A stretch of DNA of 64,000 bases from a virus. Location: positions 1-64,000 of IMG/VR virus record IMGVR_UViG_3300017917_002937. One strand, 5' to 3'. Of this stretch, positions 51,701 through 57,760 are shown piece after piece. A program made the translations under genes and the position numbers. Within the stretch, counting starts at the first letter, position 1. The number at the start of each line of letters is the position of its first letter. Under the pieces are notes generated by a model. The model searched no databases and had not been told where the DNA came from. It saw only the letters and a program-made list of their open reading frames with translations.

Positions 51701-54700
51701 ATTACAAGTGTAATATGTAATGGTACACCGGTTGGGATAGAACAAAGTTATTATTTAAAAGTTACAGGTGATAATACTTTTGAGGTTTATTCAAATTCAT
51801 TAATGACTGTACCTGTTAGTGGACTAACGTTTCCTTATTCAGGAATTGTAAGTACAAATGTATTAAGCACTACTGCAAGTAATGATATTGAATTGTTGGA
51901 TGTTACTGATTTTAATTTATATGATAGAATAGTGTTTACAGGAGATGTGGTTGGTGGTCTGATAAGAGGAGCTGTATATTACATTTATAGTATTGACAGT
52001 ATTAACAACTTAATTACAATTTCAACAGTACCAAATGATGTTTCAACGTTAGTTACAGTAACTAATACATCTACCGAATTTACAGTAGCAAAAGTTGGTG
52101 ATTTTGCATTACTACCTGAACCATTCATATTTAATCAAAGTATTGTAAAATATAATAACAATGTTTATATTTGTATTATTAGTAACAATGATCCAACATT
52201 TGTTATCGGTAAATGGGAATTACTTACATCAGGTGATCGTAGATTAAATGCATTAGATAGAATAAATGGTTATTATCGTCCAACTGTTAATATGCCAGGA
52301 CTTGATTTAACACAATTGGTTGATGGAATAACATATCCTGGATCAACTTATCAAGGTAACGCATTTGAACCTGATCAACAATTTGCAGTTGACGTAATAA
52401 TCCCTTCACAGCAGTTTTATCCAACAGAAATTACATTAAAAGCAATAGTATTTGGTGAAAATGATTATTATGCACCACTTTATACACCTAACGAATTTGG
52501 ACTTGCAGTTAGCGACGTAGGCAATAGTTGGACTATTGCAAAATTAGCAAATTCAACAATAGAAGCAACAGATATAATTTATGCTAATGGATATTATTTA
52601 ATCACAACAACTAATACTGCTACTCCAATATATAGAAGCAGCAATGGTTCTGTATGGACAACAAATGGGTTCTTTACTCCATATGGTGCTACTCCGTATG
52701 ATCTTGAAAATTATGATATGACTAGTTTATCTATTGCAGCTATTAGATTAAATGGTGCAGCATATGGTTCCAACGTGTTTATAGCCGTAGGAGACAGCAT
52801 TGTTAGAAGTACAGATACATATAGTTGGACTGAAGTTTTCACATTTACAGGAACAGCAGTAAGTCAATTCAATGGTGTAACCTATGTAAATATTCCTAAT
52901 TTTACAGGTTTTATAGCAGTAGGAAAAACACAAACAATAATTTCAAGTAACTATGTTGATATTAATTGTATTGCATATTCTAATCCAAATGGTATATTTT
53001 ATACTCAAACACCTGTAGTTACATATCAAATTTTTAATAGTATTGTAAGTAGTCCAACTGAAATAGTTGTAGTTGGTAATAATGGTTCTATTTATACAAG
53101 TTTAAATGGTATTAATTACACAGGCGTTACAGAAACTCAAGTCTTAAATACCAATGGCGCTACGAATGAAATGGTATTATTAACAACCACGTCATTTACT
53201 GTTGGAGACGAAATACGATTTTTAGGGGAAGGTTTTGGTGGAGTATTGCTTAATACAAGTTATTGGGTCAAAACCATCTCTACCAGTACAAATTCTATTA
53301 CATTAAGTGATGATTCAGGGTTAGTAAGTACCACTACTTTAACTACCGCGAGTCCTAGTAGATTAGTAATAATATACAAATATGGGTTTGAAAATTTAAA
53401 CAAGGTGATTTATGCAAATAGTTTTTATACTGCAATAGGAGATACAGGTACTATACTTACAAGTAATGATGGTTTAACTTGGACAACACAAACATCAGGT
53501 GTTTCTGAAAATCTATATGGTATAACCTATAATTCAACAACTGGTGATTTTATTGCAGTAGGAGATAATAATACAATTATTATTAGTAGTGATAATTGTG
53601 TTACTTGGACAAGTACATCATTATTTGTACAACCTATTTCAACTTATACACTAGATGGTGGTGAGTTCTTGTCTGGTTTTGGCCCAGAAGAATTAGTTCC
53701 TGGTGTAGTAAGTGACAATTTAGCAATGATTGTTACTACACGACCAGGTACAAATTGGCCAGTAACTGAATATGCTCACGTTGGTTATAATGTTGTAAGT
53801 ATTGAAGTAAGTCCAACTACAGGTATTCAAACAACATTTAGTTTTGAATATGTAGTTCAAACTCCTGCACAAATTGCTGTTTACCTAATGGATGCAACAA
53901 ATCAATTATGTACAGCATTATATGAAAGTAATGGGGACTATACGATTGATTGGATAAATCTAACAGTTACAATACCTAGCCCATTAAATCTTAATGAAAA
54001 ATTAAGAATTGACGTATATGAAGTGGGAAATGGAGATCAATTAGTAAAAGCAAATACATTTACCGATCCTATTAGAATTAATACTACAACAGGATTTAAT
54101 GAAATTTTTGTGAATTGTGCCTATTCTGGTACAATATTTAGTGGTGGAGGTATAATACAACAAGGAACCGAACCCAAAACAGTTACAGCATATGAGACAG
54201 ATGATATATCAAATGCTATATTTTGTTTAGATGTAACTGATTTTATTCTAAACGATCCCATTACATTTCAAGGTGCAGTATTTGGTGGTTTAGCTGAAGA
54301 TACTACATATTATGTTAAAACCATAAGTTATGTTTCAAAAACAATTACAGTATCAACAAGTATAACTGGTGGTTTAGCAGGACCTACATTTGATGTTAGT
54401 TCGGCTACAGGTACAATGACTGTTATTATTCAATTAGGTACAGGAGCTGCTTTTTATTCTACACCTATTATATATCATAATGGTAATAAATTACAACATG
54501 GAGTTACTGGTACAGTGACTAGAACCAACGGTGATGATATACTTGCAGCAAACTTAATTGCAGGAAAAGAATATACAATAACCGATATCGGTACAACAGA
54601 TTTTACATTGATAGGCGCAGCGTCAAATACAGTAGGTTTACTATTTACATGTTCTGGTCCAGGAACGGGCACAGGGACTGCTGCAAAATATACAATACAA

Positions 54701-56944
54701 GTTAGCACAACAACTGGTTTAATTGTTAATGATCCTGTTGTTTTTAGTGATACAATGTTTGGACCAAATATTACACCACAAACAGTTTATTATGTAAAAA
54801 ATATTTGGGATATGAATGAATTTACTGTATCAACTACTCCTGGTGGCGCAATATTACCCTTGGATAGTTACACAGGTGGGGCAACTTATATTACAAATGA
54901 TTATACATTTGGTATACAACCAAATGGTGTATCTGCTAAAATTATATTTACATCACAATATGATAATACAATAGACTATATCACATACACATTATTTGGG
55001 CAAACTACTCCTGCACAATATGGTTATACGATACCTGAGACACAATTAATAACAGCAGACGGTACCGTAGGACCATTTACTTTAAATAATTATGTTGGTG
55101 GAGATAATCCAGATAATGCAATCGTTGAAGTAAACGGATTACGTATTACACCCTCAGATTATACAATTAATTTTAGTTTGAATGAAATCACATTTACCAG
55201 TGCACCAACTATAGGTGATAATATTGCTGTTACCAGTTATAATTTAACCGATCGACAATATTTTTATACCATGTCAGGAGTAACTGGTAAAACAGTTTCC
55301 TTGATAGTAAATGTGCAGAATAGTTTAGCACCTTATATTGCAGTAGTACAAACAACTGCAACAACCACAGGTACAAACTACATAACCTGTTCATCAACAA
55401 CAGACTTTGTTGTTGGACAAACTGTACAATACAAAGGTACTGGATTTGGAAACATATTAACAGATGGTACTGTTTATTATATAAGAGCAATTATAAGTCC
55501 AACACAATATACAATTGAAGACGAAAACGGTAATATAATTTCGTTAACCACTGCTACAGGTTTAATGTTGACTTATGTAGGTGGACTTGAAGCTGTAAGA
55601 ATTACAACTGCTCAAGCACATAACTTTGTTACAAATGATTTGGTAAGAATAGATGGAGTAGGAGGATCCACGCAATTAAACGATAATATTTACTATGTTC
55701 ATGTCATTAATAGTGTTCAGTTTGATTTATATGAATTTAATCCTAACAGTCCTAGTACTGATTATGATCCAGCAGCTGGTGCGGTAAATTATCCTATTAC
55801 AACCGTTAGTTCATTTACGTCAGGTGGGTATGCATGGTTAAATCAAACATATATGTTAGATCAGTTTAACCCGACTGCTACAGACAGTACTGACAATAGT
55901 ATAACTATATCATCAACTAGCGACTTAGTTATTAATAATCCTATAGTTTTTATGGAAGTTGGTAGTCAAATAGGTGACACATTAATGGGAGGAATTGTTG
56001 CAGGAACAATATATTACATCAAAGAAGTTTTAAGTGTTACAAAGTTTACAATGAGCGAAGAAAGAGAAGGAACAGAATTTGTATTAACAACTGATACTGG
56101 ATCAATCATTATGAACATGTGGGAACAATTTAATGTTGATAGACTATGGGTAACGGTTGATGGTTATCGTGTTCCAAGTAGTAAATTAAGATTAAATCCA
56201 GGTAATCAAATTAGTATTCTAACCGAGATTACTTCTGCACAAGAAGTAATTATAACATCAATGGTTCCTTCTGCTACACCTAATGAATTAACATACTTAT
56301 TAAAGGTAGATAGTTCAAATCAAGGTGTTGTTTACAGAGATAATACTAATTCTAGAACTTGGTTAACAGAAGATTTATATAATACAAGTGAAACAATAAA
56401 TGTTGATGATGTTACAAAAATAACAGATGTATTAGTACAAAATAGTATTGCTTCTGCTGCTATAAATGGGTATGTTTATGTTGGACTAATAGGAGATAAA
56501 AATTCTATTGTAAATGTCAGTGTTTATAACAATACACAAAATGCTATAATCAATTCTACTAATTATGAAATTGTTATTGAATCATTAGCTCCTAAGTTAA
56601 AAATCACCTCAGGTGCATATATTAATACAGGAGATAGTTTAACAATAACCATTCTTGAGGGCAATTTAATACTTATTAATGGAGAAGAAATTAAATTTAC
56701 TACTGTTGATACTACAAATAATACAATAACTGGAATCAGTAGAGGTGTTAATGGTACTGGAATACAAACACTTATTCCAAAATACTCGGAGGTTTATAGT
56801 GAATTATCTAGAAATGAAATGCCAATAGCAGACTATTCTATTACATGGAATCCTATTCCAGGTAATTTGAATCCAACTTTAGGCGACCCTTTACAACTAG
56901 CCGATACATCATCTGCTATATTCCTTAGAGAGGATCAAACCTGA
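36749..56944 (+). CDS. Giant (6731 aa) virion/baseplate structural protein (gp7-like position)
   Basis: Single 20.2-kb ORF after gp6; LNFLPEIFQT N-terminus, YLNEVKPYHVVI motif, FG-GAP-like propeller repeats, a BNR-like propeller and many ~70-aa beta-sandwich repeats. Confidence 0.8.
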   Translation: MATRIRTLNFLPEIFQTPTNSQFLSATLDQIVNPPNTNRIQGYVGSKFGYGINAKDYYVTEPSKERVDYQLEPGVVFTKDNESTAYDFISYPGIVNGLQNQGGIVNNNDRLFESQFYSWDSFSNLDKLINFNYYYWLPEGPPAVTVSTETVFTTFSYVVVDTPSGYLISGSQQATGSVNPTITLLRGGTYTFTVNQATDFWIQGEPGVTGYSPTQPNLNTREILGVTNNGIDQGILTFSVPLADAQSNLNFPGNNLVDVVSTIPFSQLNGQPVVGFAGVDGITSLNGLTVMFYNTGVVNELGYVQQFFNQNNYDVNGNLITPLTIDITNTNSVGNVITCNSTANLTVGQTITFTGTEFGNLTSYTGLTSSAISAGSFNIGQKYIIQTSGTTDWISIGLTETANVTASISGTVLTVSAVNTNPFSIGQTITGTGVASGTVVTDYNEINGTYTVSISQTVSSTTILGYTILGGLFTATGIGSGTGTALLYDPEIFYVTSILNGTTFTIAAEEPYIDYGGTLVIGQKYVITSLGSTNFILSGAASNTVGTVFTATNVGLGTGSARQVITAGAFNPGSTYTITSIGTTDFTLIGASSNTIGLSFTATGVGAGNGTAYLGSNITLTTATGTMTGYINQGLLEEGYYTTVDDLFYTITYIGDPATPTISLVPYNSIPTNQKITANFGTTYNGRNFYKNTAGTIILIPYLSAPLTTLYYQDGTFANKVGIIKIIESNTSNRLNILTEILGKDQYTSSTGIVFTNGLKVEFQGDIFPSSYLEGSYYVEGVGTSIQLINTNDLVVPEAFTENLLLPWDTVGWDFGNWDGTSNIPIKQDYITISRNSLSLNPWSRSNRWFHIDVINATATYNNNPNIVTEYATESAKAKRPIIEFYPNLKLFDFGTFGKAPVDFVDERTTDAFSEVAGQQNYYPDVIAYTDYTGSIATTNYTVSRTISATTTLTNHVTVSSTNGFRVNDLIVITSLSTFGGLSYNTDYYVQSIVNSTTLKLSTTVNGDPINLTTGSGTMNFDWTPRSTEITIAADDVTGLLTEGNYITDSTNLLPNNSYIVEITGTTTFTITVSWPESSNPFFTSTSVASFITTDTTVDNYALFDGARIVFANDTNLNVRNKIYISKFQSITGTSTPVITLIEALDGTVYENDQTVSKRGYNNTGIDFYFDGNNWIKGQQKTDINQAPLFDIFDNNGISFGNRDIYVGSNFNGCKLFSYSIGNGIDDIVLGFPIKYSNIDNIGDISFDVNLNSDTFDYVTGSTPINQNVSKGYVYNYLTRELYERMLGWQTAKYPSVQYQLFQFNYVLGDDNSFLCDVAANIVDSWPNIRVFINNNLVATDNFTTLIGSNSTTVTIDSILLLENTVIQILILSDQVSLTAYYTTPINLNNNPFNVNITSVNVGEIRGQYQSIFYNNTNLTGQVFGSNNFRDLGNLVPYGDRIIQNSASLVLPGVFLRKQDCNLFDALLFNSKQYILYKTLLVYTVNNSNYEQRYNPSEILDDALDQISASKTDSMPFFWSDMLPGKAAYIINNYTFANSLSVSVYPLSKIYDFTSANYNGLLVYLQRTANNIVNTTQLIINQDYTVSATAPSLTITLQLQPGDTIIVKEYNQTYGSYVPNTPTKLGLYPSFIPEVVLDTTYSTPTYFIKGHDGSYTKLYGDYDSTNNLLIDFRDQALLEFERRIYNNLKINDIIPIQSYEITPGFFRDTGYSYNEWLEIYSVNFLNWIGQNRLDYESQIYNKNNQFTFNYDNSGIKLNNKPIEQGYWRGVYTYFYDTSTPNLTPWEMIGYKNQPNWWTDRYGPAPYTSNNLILWEDMANGIDYNNGNPIVINELKRPELLQVLPVDSYGNLLSPFDSIVGNFNERLFKNDWKVGDDGPVEFSYRRSSTYPFDLMKILALTKPAKFFNLGVDVDNYKYNLEFNQYLVNDRSHLIISDIEIYGNGTAKTSYINWIVDYQKQVGIPATTNITNILKNLDVRLIYRLAGFSDKTFLKFFVEKGSPNSTNASLLIPDESYSLLLYDNVPFDKIIYSGIIVQIDQRGFTVFGNSQTQAYFNILKPKNNGVYDQLTVEDITVRVPRNFFTTTDIVPYGQTFYSIQELCIFIKSYGAYLESKGMKFDTIENGLEINWNQMILEFLYFVQNGWEVGTLITLNPAAVNLQINRENAIVQPLTYYESNFVVNENLYPIALKDLAITREETFFSVQALNQGDSIGYGQFNLNSIEHGIVFDNITLFNDTIYNVPTGLRQIRIFCRGTKTAEWNGTLTPSGFILNQDNIQEWNSTVTYTKGQIVKYKTKYYTAIKIVQPKIVFDETDWKRTDYDEIQKGLLPNSSTRSAESLLYYDINNANLENEADLLAFSLVGYRPRNYLALADLTDITQINVYLNLIKNKGTRNATYAFKGANLPQGGIDYEIYENWAIKSGEYGGVLNNNFIQLRLQENDLKGNPSTLGLTNGNVFDDVEQTIPLNKIYNYARPITDPNILATIPVDTPNKVFPDAGYVNFNDVKMSAFYASLLNGAVDKNGLVVPLSRVYVNDYIWLAKYLSTWQVYTPVSNGRVVFATNNLNGSVTLTFSEPHNLNLNQLIAIINFDPTINGYFIVKAIVNIYKIIINLTLSPQTTTVSGQGIVFKFQTQRVSKPSDINDLPLLNYEFVKNRVWVDQGSSGNWEVYQKSVNYSFDTEITKTNTDTFGSAVAYTDKLGYLIGDQDAGKVYRYTYNDLTQSYDLNQTLTQTASFGASISYSDNIFVISQPTGTSRVYVYELPDSILTDDLTLYQTAISALGGSSNWGSSTAISGDKNWIYISAVDLARVYVYRKSQVTDEYEYITYFNVGGLTSSDNFGYSLSTDYYGDTVIVGAPNVDYSGTITDWGKTYVFTRSLQNIESQFNSDSSISQTLQLAWTPTTITSACSATAVTTNRITCTDTTGFVVDMPVIFSGTIYSGSEILPNTIYYIHSIVSGTQFTIKTTRAGITSFALGTSSGTGMTVNVQSEPLYVSVNGELVEDSTYGVIGSTLNYVGNLTAGDIITVSGSNFTLNQTLTSTDIDTVGIRFGNSVSTTTHATEVIVGSPFIISNNVEGAVYRFTNAGGRFGSVSSTTEVNVTSVRKLLINGYLVFIPVGLAEDAADAINASLITNVIASAENNYLTISIVNSDLTQPNEKLILASTDSSTFTELGIDIYSLTQTINCPHPQGRSQFGTTVKFNELGSFVASAPVGTRYTSTTFDFSDDVNLDNDTVFDNNATQFVDSFPNAGAVYMFDYIPNYNETINNVGQFIYAQSINDTDLTYGSQPYYGTALDFNQNRVIVGTPNFEPNITNGKVTTFINQLGVQDWSILRQSPAIVDINKVYNVQIFSAQTNNTLINLDYIDPLQGKILGAARQNIDVISNVDPANYNRADQQRGLFWGSDHEGDIWLNTSSMAYVNYHQNDVVYDSKYWGELFPGSFVGVYSWISSNVPPIDYQGPGVVYDVEKFSIQYILNANNQIQPIYFFWVQNTNIIFYKRGKTLADSIIANYIRNSKNSGISYFAPIKQNVYALYNSGEYINANDSILSFSYATGNNDEAIHNQYNLIRSNFADDFLPGVPKFTGVVSPNQQVNGTQLNNSPQYLYDRYLDSFSGVDEVGEIVPNPYLPKAVQFGILARPRQSFFIDRLLALKNYITYANTVMSQFPIVELRPNLSFLFTEGAINPSDSPNLFFNTTDYWQYKNWWAVGYSDSTRSALQVPLFADLSTLNVNVGTIVTVNTNSEGRSETYILSDTLIWNRIGLQNGTIEIKAEIYDYQDARLGWGDNFWDTTPYDYYPSEETRYIIRALNEQIYTNEFLIFRNKSLILMFEYIQSESLENQNYLPWLNKTSLIDVSHKIRELRPIEVFQSDNQEFLSAYLNEVKPYHVVIKDFLFTYTGNETFEGDITDFDLPSKYNNTFKQFITPQIVYQSPDANNEYTPNNSIWLDPSYNQWYENYGLSIVGQLNYEITTLQSYIGLSTTFFAVDNAFGFPINGYIKIGNEIIGYSNVDRNLQVISGITRGVNGTPIETHIPNELIFIDLPPVIILNGSRGYTEPPKVSVYIDTTIYPEPKEAAELEVVMALDSVSYINVVNPGIGYAVTPEIIIDPAITITLTDQEVNTTNNTIRSFSSFLQTGDEIQYKEVEGNPIQGLQNNQWYYVNILENTPLIILALYSNYGDSLKDENRIKFYSKSIGTFSLNLGAKAFAVTISSPVRENNITLRFDRTTYNSDLIDWRAGQYYGSYYAGSYSNSESVSSSSIQLASTSPPIESILASAQGVAFEILNAENIRVIDYTSFIRYVSQTLTSSNIITLILQDDGSGNPNASGGTLGFYIGMPIKFVGNTGTSNIVNETTYYIAEIVSLTEFKISASDSGSPVLALGNFTVGPAGLKCYVGQIIDTAKLTVYYPGILTATATSEGTNKITVPLNLTGTGGTNNFYTGMTLFFTGTVFGNIIENEIYYVTTVCDNQTFTISKTNDPLRLDVLETIASTDSIRVDGTYQTLAVNDPIIFTDFLFTAGDFVIGQEYVIEFVGTTDFTLIGATYNTVGTRFTASGVGTGTGTASSLEFGNLVAGDTYYVISTIGNDEFVVATSLNGSTFTLIDSVGTGYVTSQINTVDLTTDTGSMIVNVNLPVSPGQVNGQLFTMYQTSGQYTGITGSETSLLERVVKATLGNRTGNPGAEVDRVLISQTGDGLENFYINMPVQFEASIGGLSAGAPGYYVTDYGTTSVTVISTSASITAGIVTGSISSTVLTVTAVTSGVVVPGAILSGTGITTGTTVLDYIGGSGGVGTYLITPSQAAGSTTINVTISALTCQNSDDTNKLYVDMPVLFSGQSLGGIEINLEYYVRSIIDDVRFSISSSPGDTATTLTNESGIMVGTGDPWIQVSTSIGGGVVTLSDDTNSTNLTQTPTSTPVFDVSYILGGYRVVLNNAGTGYAVDNVITIPGTQLGGTSPTNDLVLTVNAIDVISYDQINDILTSNGEITSVICNGTPVGIEQSYYLKVTGDNTFEVYSNSLMTVPVSGLTFPYSGIVSTNVLSTTASNDIELLDVTDFNLYDRIVFTGDVVGGLIRGAVYYIYSIDSINNLITISTVPNDVSTLVTVTNTSTEFTVAKVGDFALLPEPFIFNQSIVKYNNNVYICIISNNDPTFVIGKWELLTSGDRRLNALDRINGYYRPTVNMPGLDLTQLVDGITYPGSTYQGNAFEPDQQFAVDVIIPSQQFYPTEITLKAIVFGENDYYAPLYTPNEFGLAVSDVGNSWTIAKLANSTIEATDIIYANGYYLITTTNTATPIYRSSNGSVWTTNGFFTPYGATPYDLENYDMTSLSIAAIRLNGAAYGSNVFIAVGDSIVRSTDTYSWTEVFTFTGTAVSQFNGVTYVNIPNFTGFIAVGKTQTIISSNYVDINCIAYSNPNGIFYTQTPVVTYQIFNSIVSSPTEIVVVGNNGSIYTSLNGINYTGVTETQVLNTNGATNEMVLLTTTSFTVGDEIRFLGEGFGGVLLNTSYWVKTISTSTNSITLSDDSGLVSTTTLTTASPSRLVIIYKYGFENLNKVIYANSFYTAIGDTGTILTSNDGLTWTTQTSGVSENLYGITYNSTTGDFIAVGDNNTIIISSDNCVTWTSTSLFVQPISTYTLDGGEFLSGFGPEELVPGVVSDNLAMIVTTRPGTNWPVTEYAHVGYNVVSIEVSPTTGIQTTFSFEYVVQTPAQIAVYLMDATNQLCTALYESNGDYTIDWINLTVTIPSPLNLNEKLRIDVYEVGNGDQLVKANTFTDPIRINTTTGFNEIFVNCAYSGTIFSGGGIIQQGTEPKTVTAYETDDISNAIFCLDVTDFILNDPITFQGAVFGGLAEDTTYYVKTISYVSKTITVSTSITGGLAGPTFDVSSATGTMTVIIQLGTGAAFYSTPIIYHNGNKLQHGVTGTVTRTNGDDILAANLIAGKEYTITDIGTTDFTLIGAASNTVGLLFTCSGPGTGTGTAAKYTIQVSTTTGLIVNDPVVFSDTMFGPNITPQTVYYVKNIWDMNEFTVSTTPGGAILPLDSYTGGATYITNDYTFGIQPNGVSAKIIFTSQYDNTIDYITYTLFGQTTPAQYGYTIPETQLITADGTVGPFTLNNYVGGDNPDNAIVEVNGLRITPSDYTINFSLNEITFTSAPTIGDNIAVTSYNLTDRQYFYTMSGVTGKTVSLIVNVQNSLAPYIAVVQTTATTTGTNYITCSSTTDFVVGQTVQYKGTGFGNILTDGTVYYIRAIISPTQYTIEDENGNIISLTTATGLMLTYVGGLEAVRITTAQAHNFVTNDLVRIDGVGGSTQLNDNIYYVHVINSVQFDLYEFNPNSPSTDYDPAAGAVNYPITTVSSFTSGGYAWLNQTYMLDQFNPTATDSTDNSITISSTSDLVINNPIVFMEVGSQIGDTLMGGIVAGTIYYIKEVLSVTKFTMSEEREGTEFVLTTDTGSIIMNMWEQFNVDRLWVTVDGYRVPSSKLRLNPGNQISILTEITSAQEVIITSMVPSATPNELTYLLKVDSSNQGVVYRDNTNSRTWLTEDLYNTSETINVDDVTKITDVLVQNSIASAAINGYVYVGLIGDKNSIVNVSVYNNTQNAIINSTNYEIVIESLAPKLKITSGAYINTGDSLTITILEGNLILINGEEIKFTTVDTTNNTITGISRGVNGTGIQTLIPKYSEVYSELSRNEMPIADYSITWNPIPGNLNPTLGDPLQLADTSSAIFLREDQT

Positions 56945-56958
56945 AAGATAAATAATAT

Positions 56959-57108
56959 ATGATTAAAAATAATGTAAAAGAAAATACAAATACCAAGCCT
57001 GTTGAAAAAAAACCTAACGAAAAATACGGTTTTTATTTCTCAAGTTCAGTTAAAATTTTTGATCCAATTACTAAAGAAGTGTTTGTTCAAAAAAGAGGCG
57101 ATAATTAA
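56959..57108 (+). CDS. Small 49-aa protein (below the ORF-track cut-off)
   Basis: MIKNNVKENTNTKPVEKKPNEKYGFYFSSSVKIFDPITKEVFVQKRGDN; GATAAATA at 56947-56954; TAATG coupling to the next gene. Confidence 0.7.
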   Translation: MIKNNVKENTNTKPVEKKPNEKYGFYFSSSVKIFDPITKEVFVQKRGDN

Positions 57109-57728
57109 TGTCTGTTATTACTTTATCATATAAAATTGAAGGTTTTCTAAAAATCTTCGACCCTAATAATGGCGCAATATTTGTTGACAAAAAAAATGCT
57201 ATTAACTATGAAAATATGAGTGAAGCAATTGCAGATACTTTAAGTAGTAGAGGTTACGGAGAAATATATCAAATGGCTTTTGGAAACGGTGGAGCTAGTG
57301 TAGATGCTACAGGAGTTATTACATATCTACCACCAAATGTGACAGGACAAAACGCAGCTCTATATAATCAAACTTATGCAAAAATTGTAGATGACACCAG
57401 TGTTTTTAACTTAGATCCTACTAGAAATAAAATGACAGTTCTGCATACTACCGGTAAATTTTATACTGATATATTAGTGCAATGTTTATTAGATTATGGT
57501 GAACCTTCAGGACAGGATGCATTTGATACAAGCACACAAACTGATTCTAGTTATATTTTTGATGAATTGGGTTTATTGGCAAATTATGGAACAGATAATG
57601 ATGGTAATGTTATAACACGTTTACTAACTCATGTAATTTTTCATCCAGTACAAAAAAGCTTAAACAGACAGATTCAAATAGATTACACAGTTAGAATTCA
57701 AAGCCTTACTAACTTAGTAACGATATAA
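57108..57728 (+). CDS. Conserved virion/baseplate protein
   Basis: KKNAINYENM, MAFGNGG, LDYGEP, FDELGL, THVIFHPVQKSLNR; located in the structural operon. Confidence 0.7.
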   Translation: MSVITLSYKIEGFLKIFDPNNGAIFVDKKNAINYENMSEAIADTLSSRGYGEIYQMAFGNGGASVDATGVITYLPPNVTGQNAALYNQTYAKIVDDTSVFNLDPTRNKMTVLHTTGKFYTDILVQCLLDYGEPSGQDAFDTSTQTDSSYIFDELGLLANYGTDNDGNVITRLLTHVIFHPVQKSLNRQIQIDYTVRIQSLTNLVTI

Positions 57729-57760
57729 GATAAATAAAATGATAGCGGAGTAAACTATAT

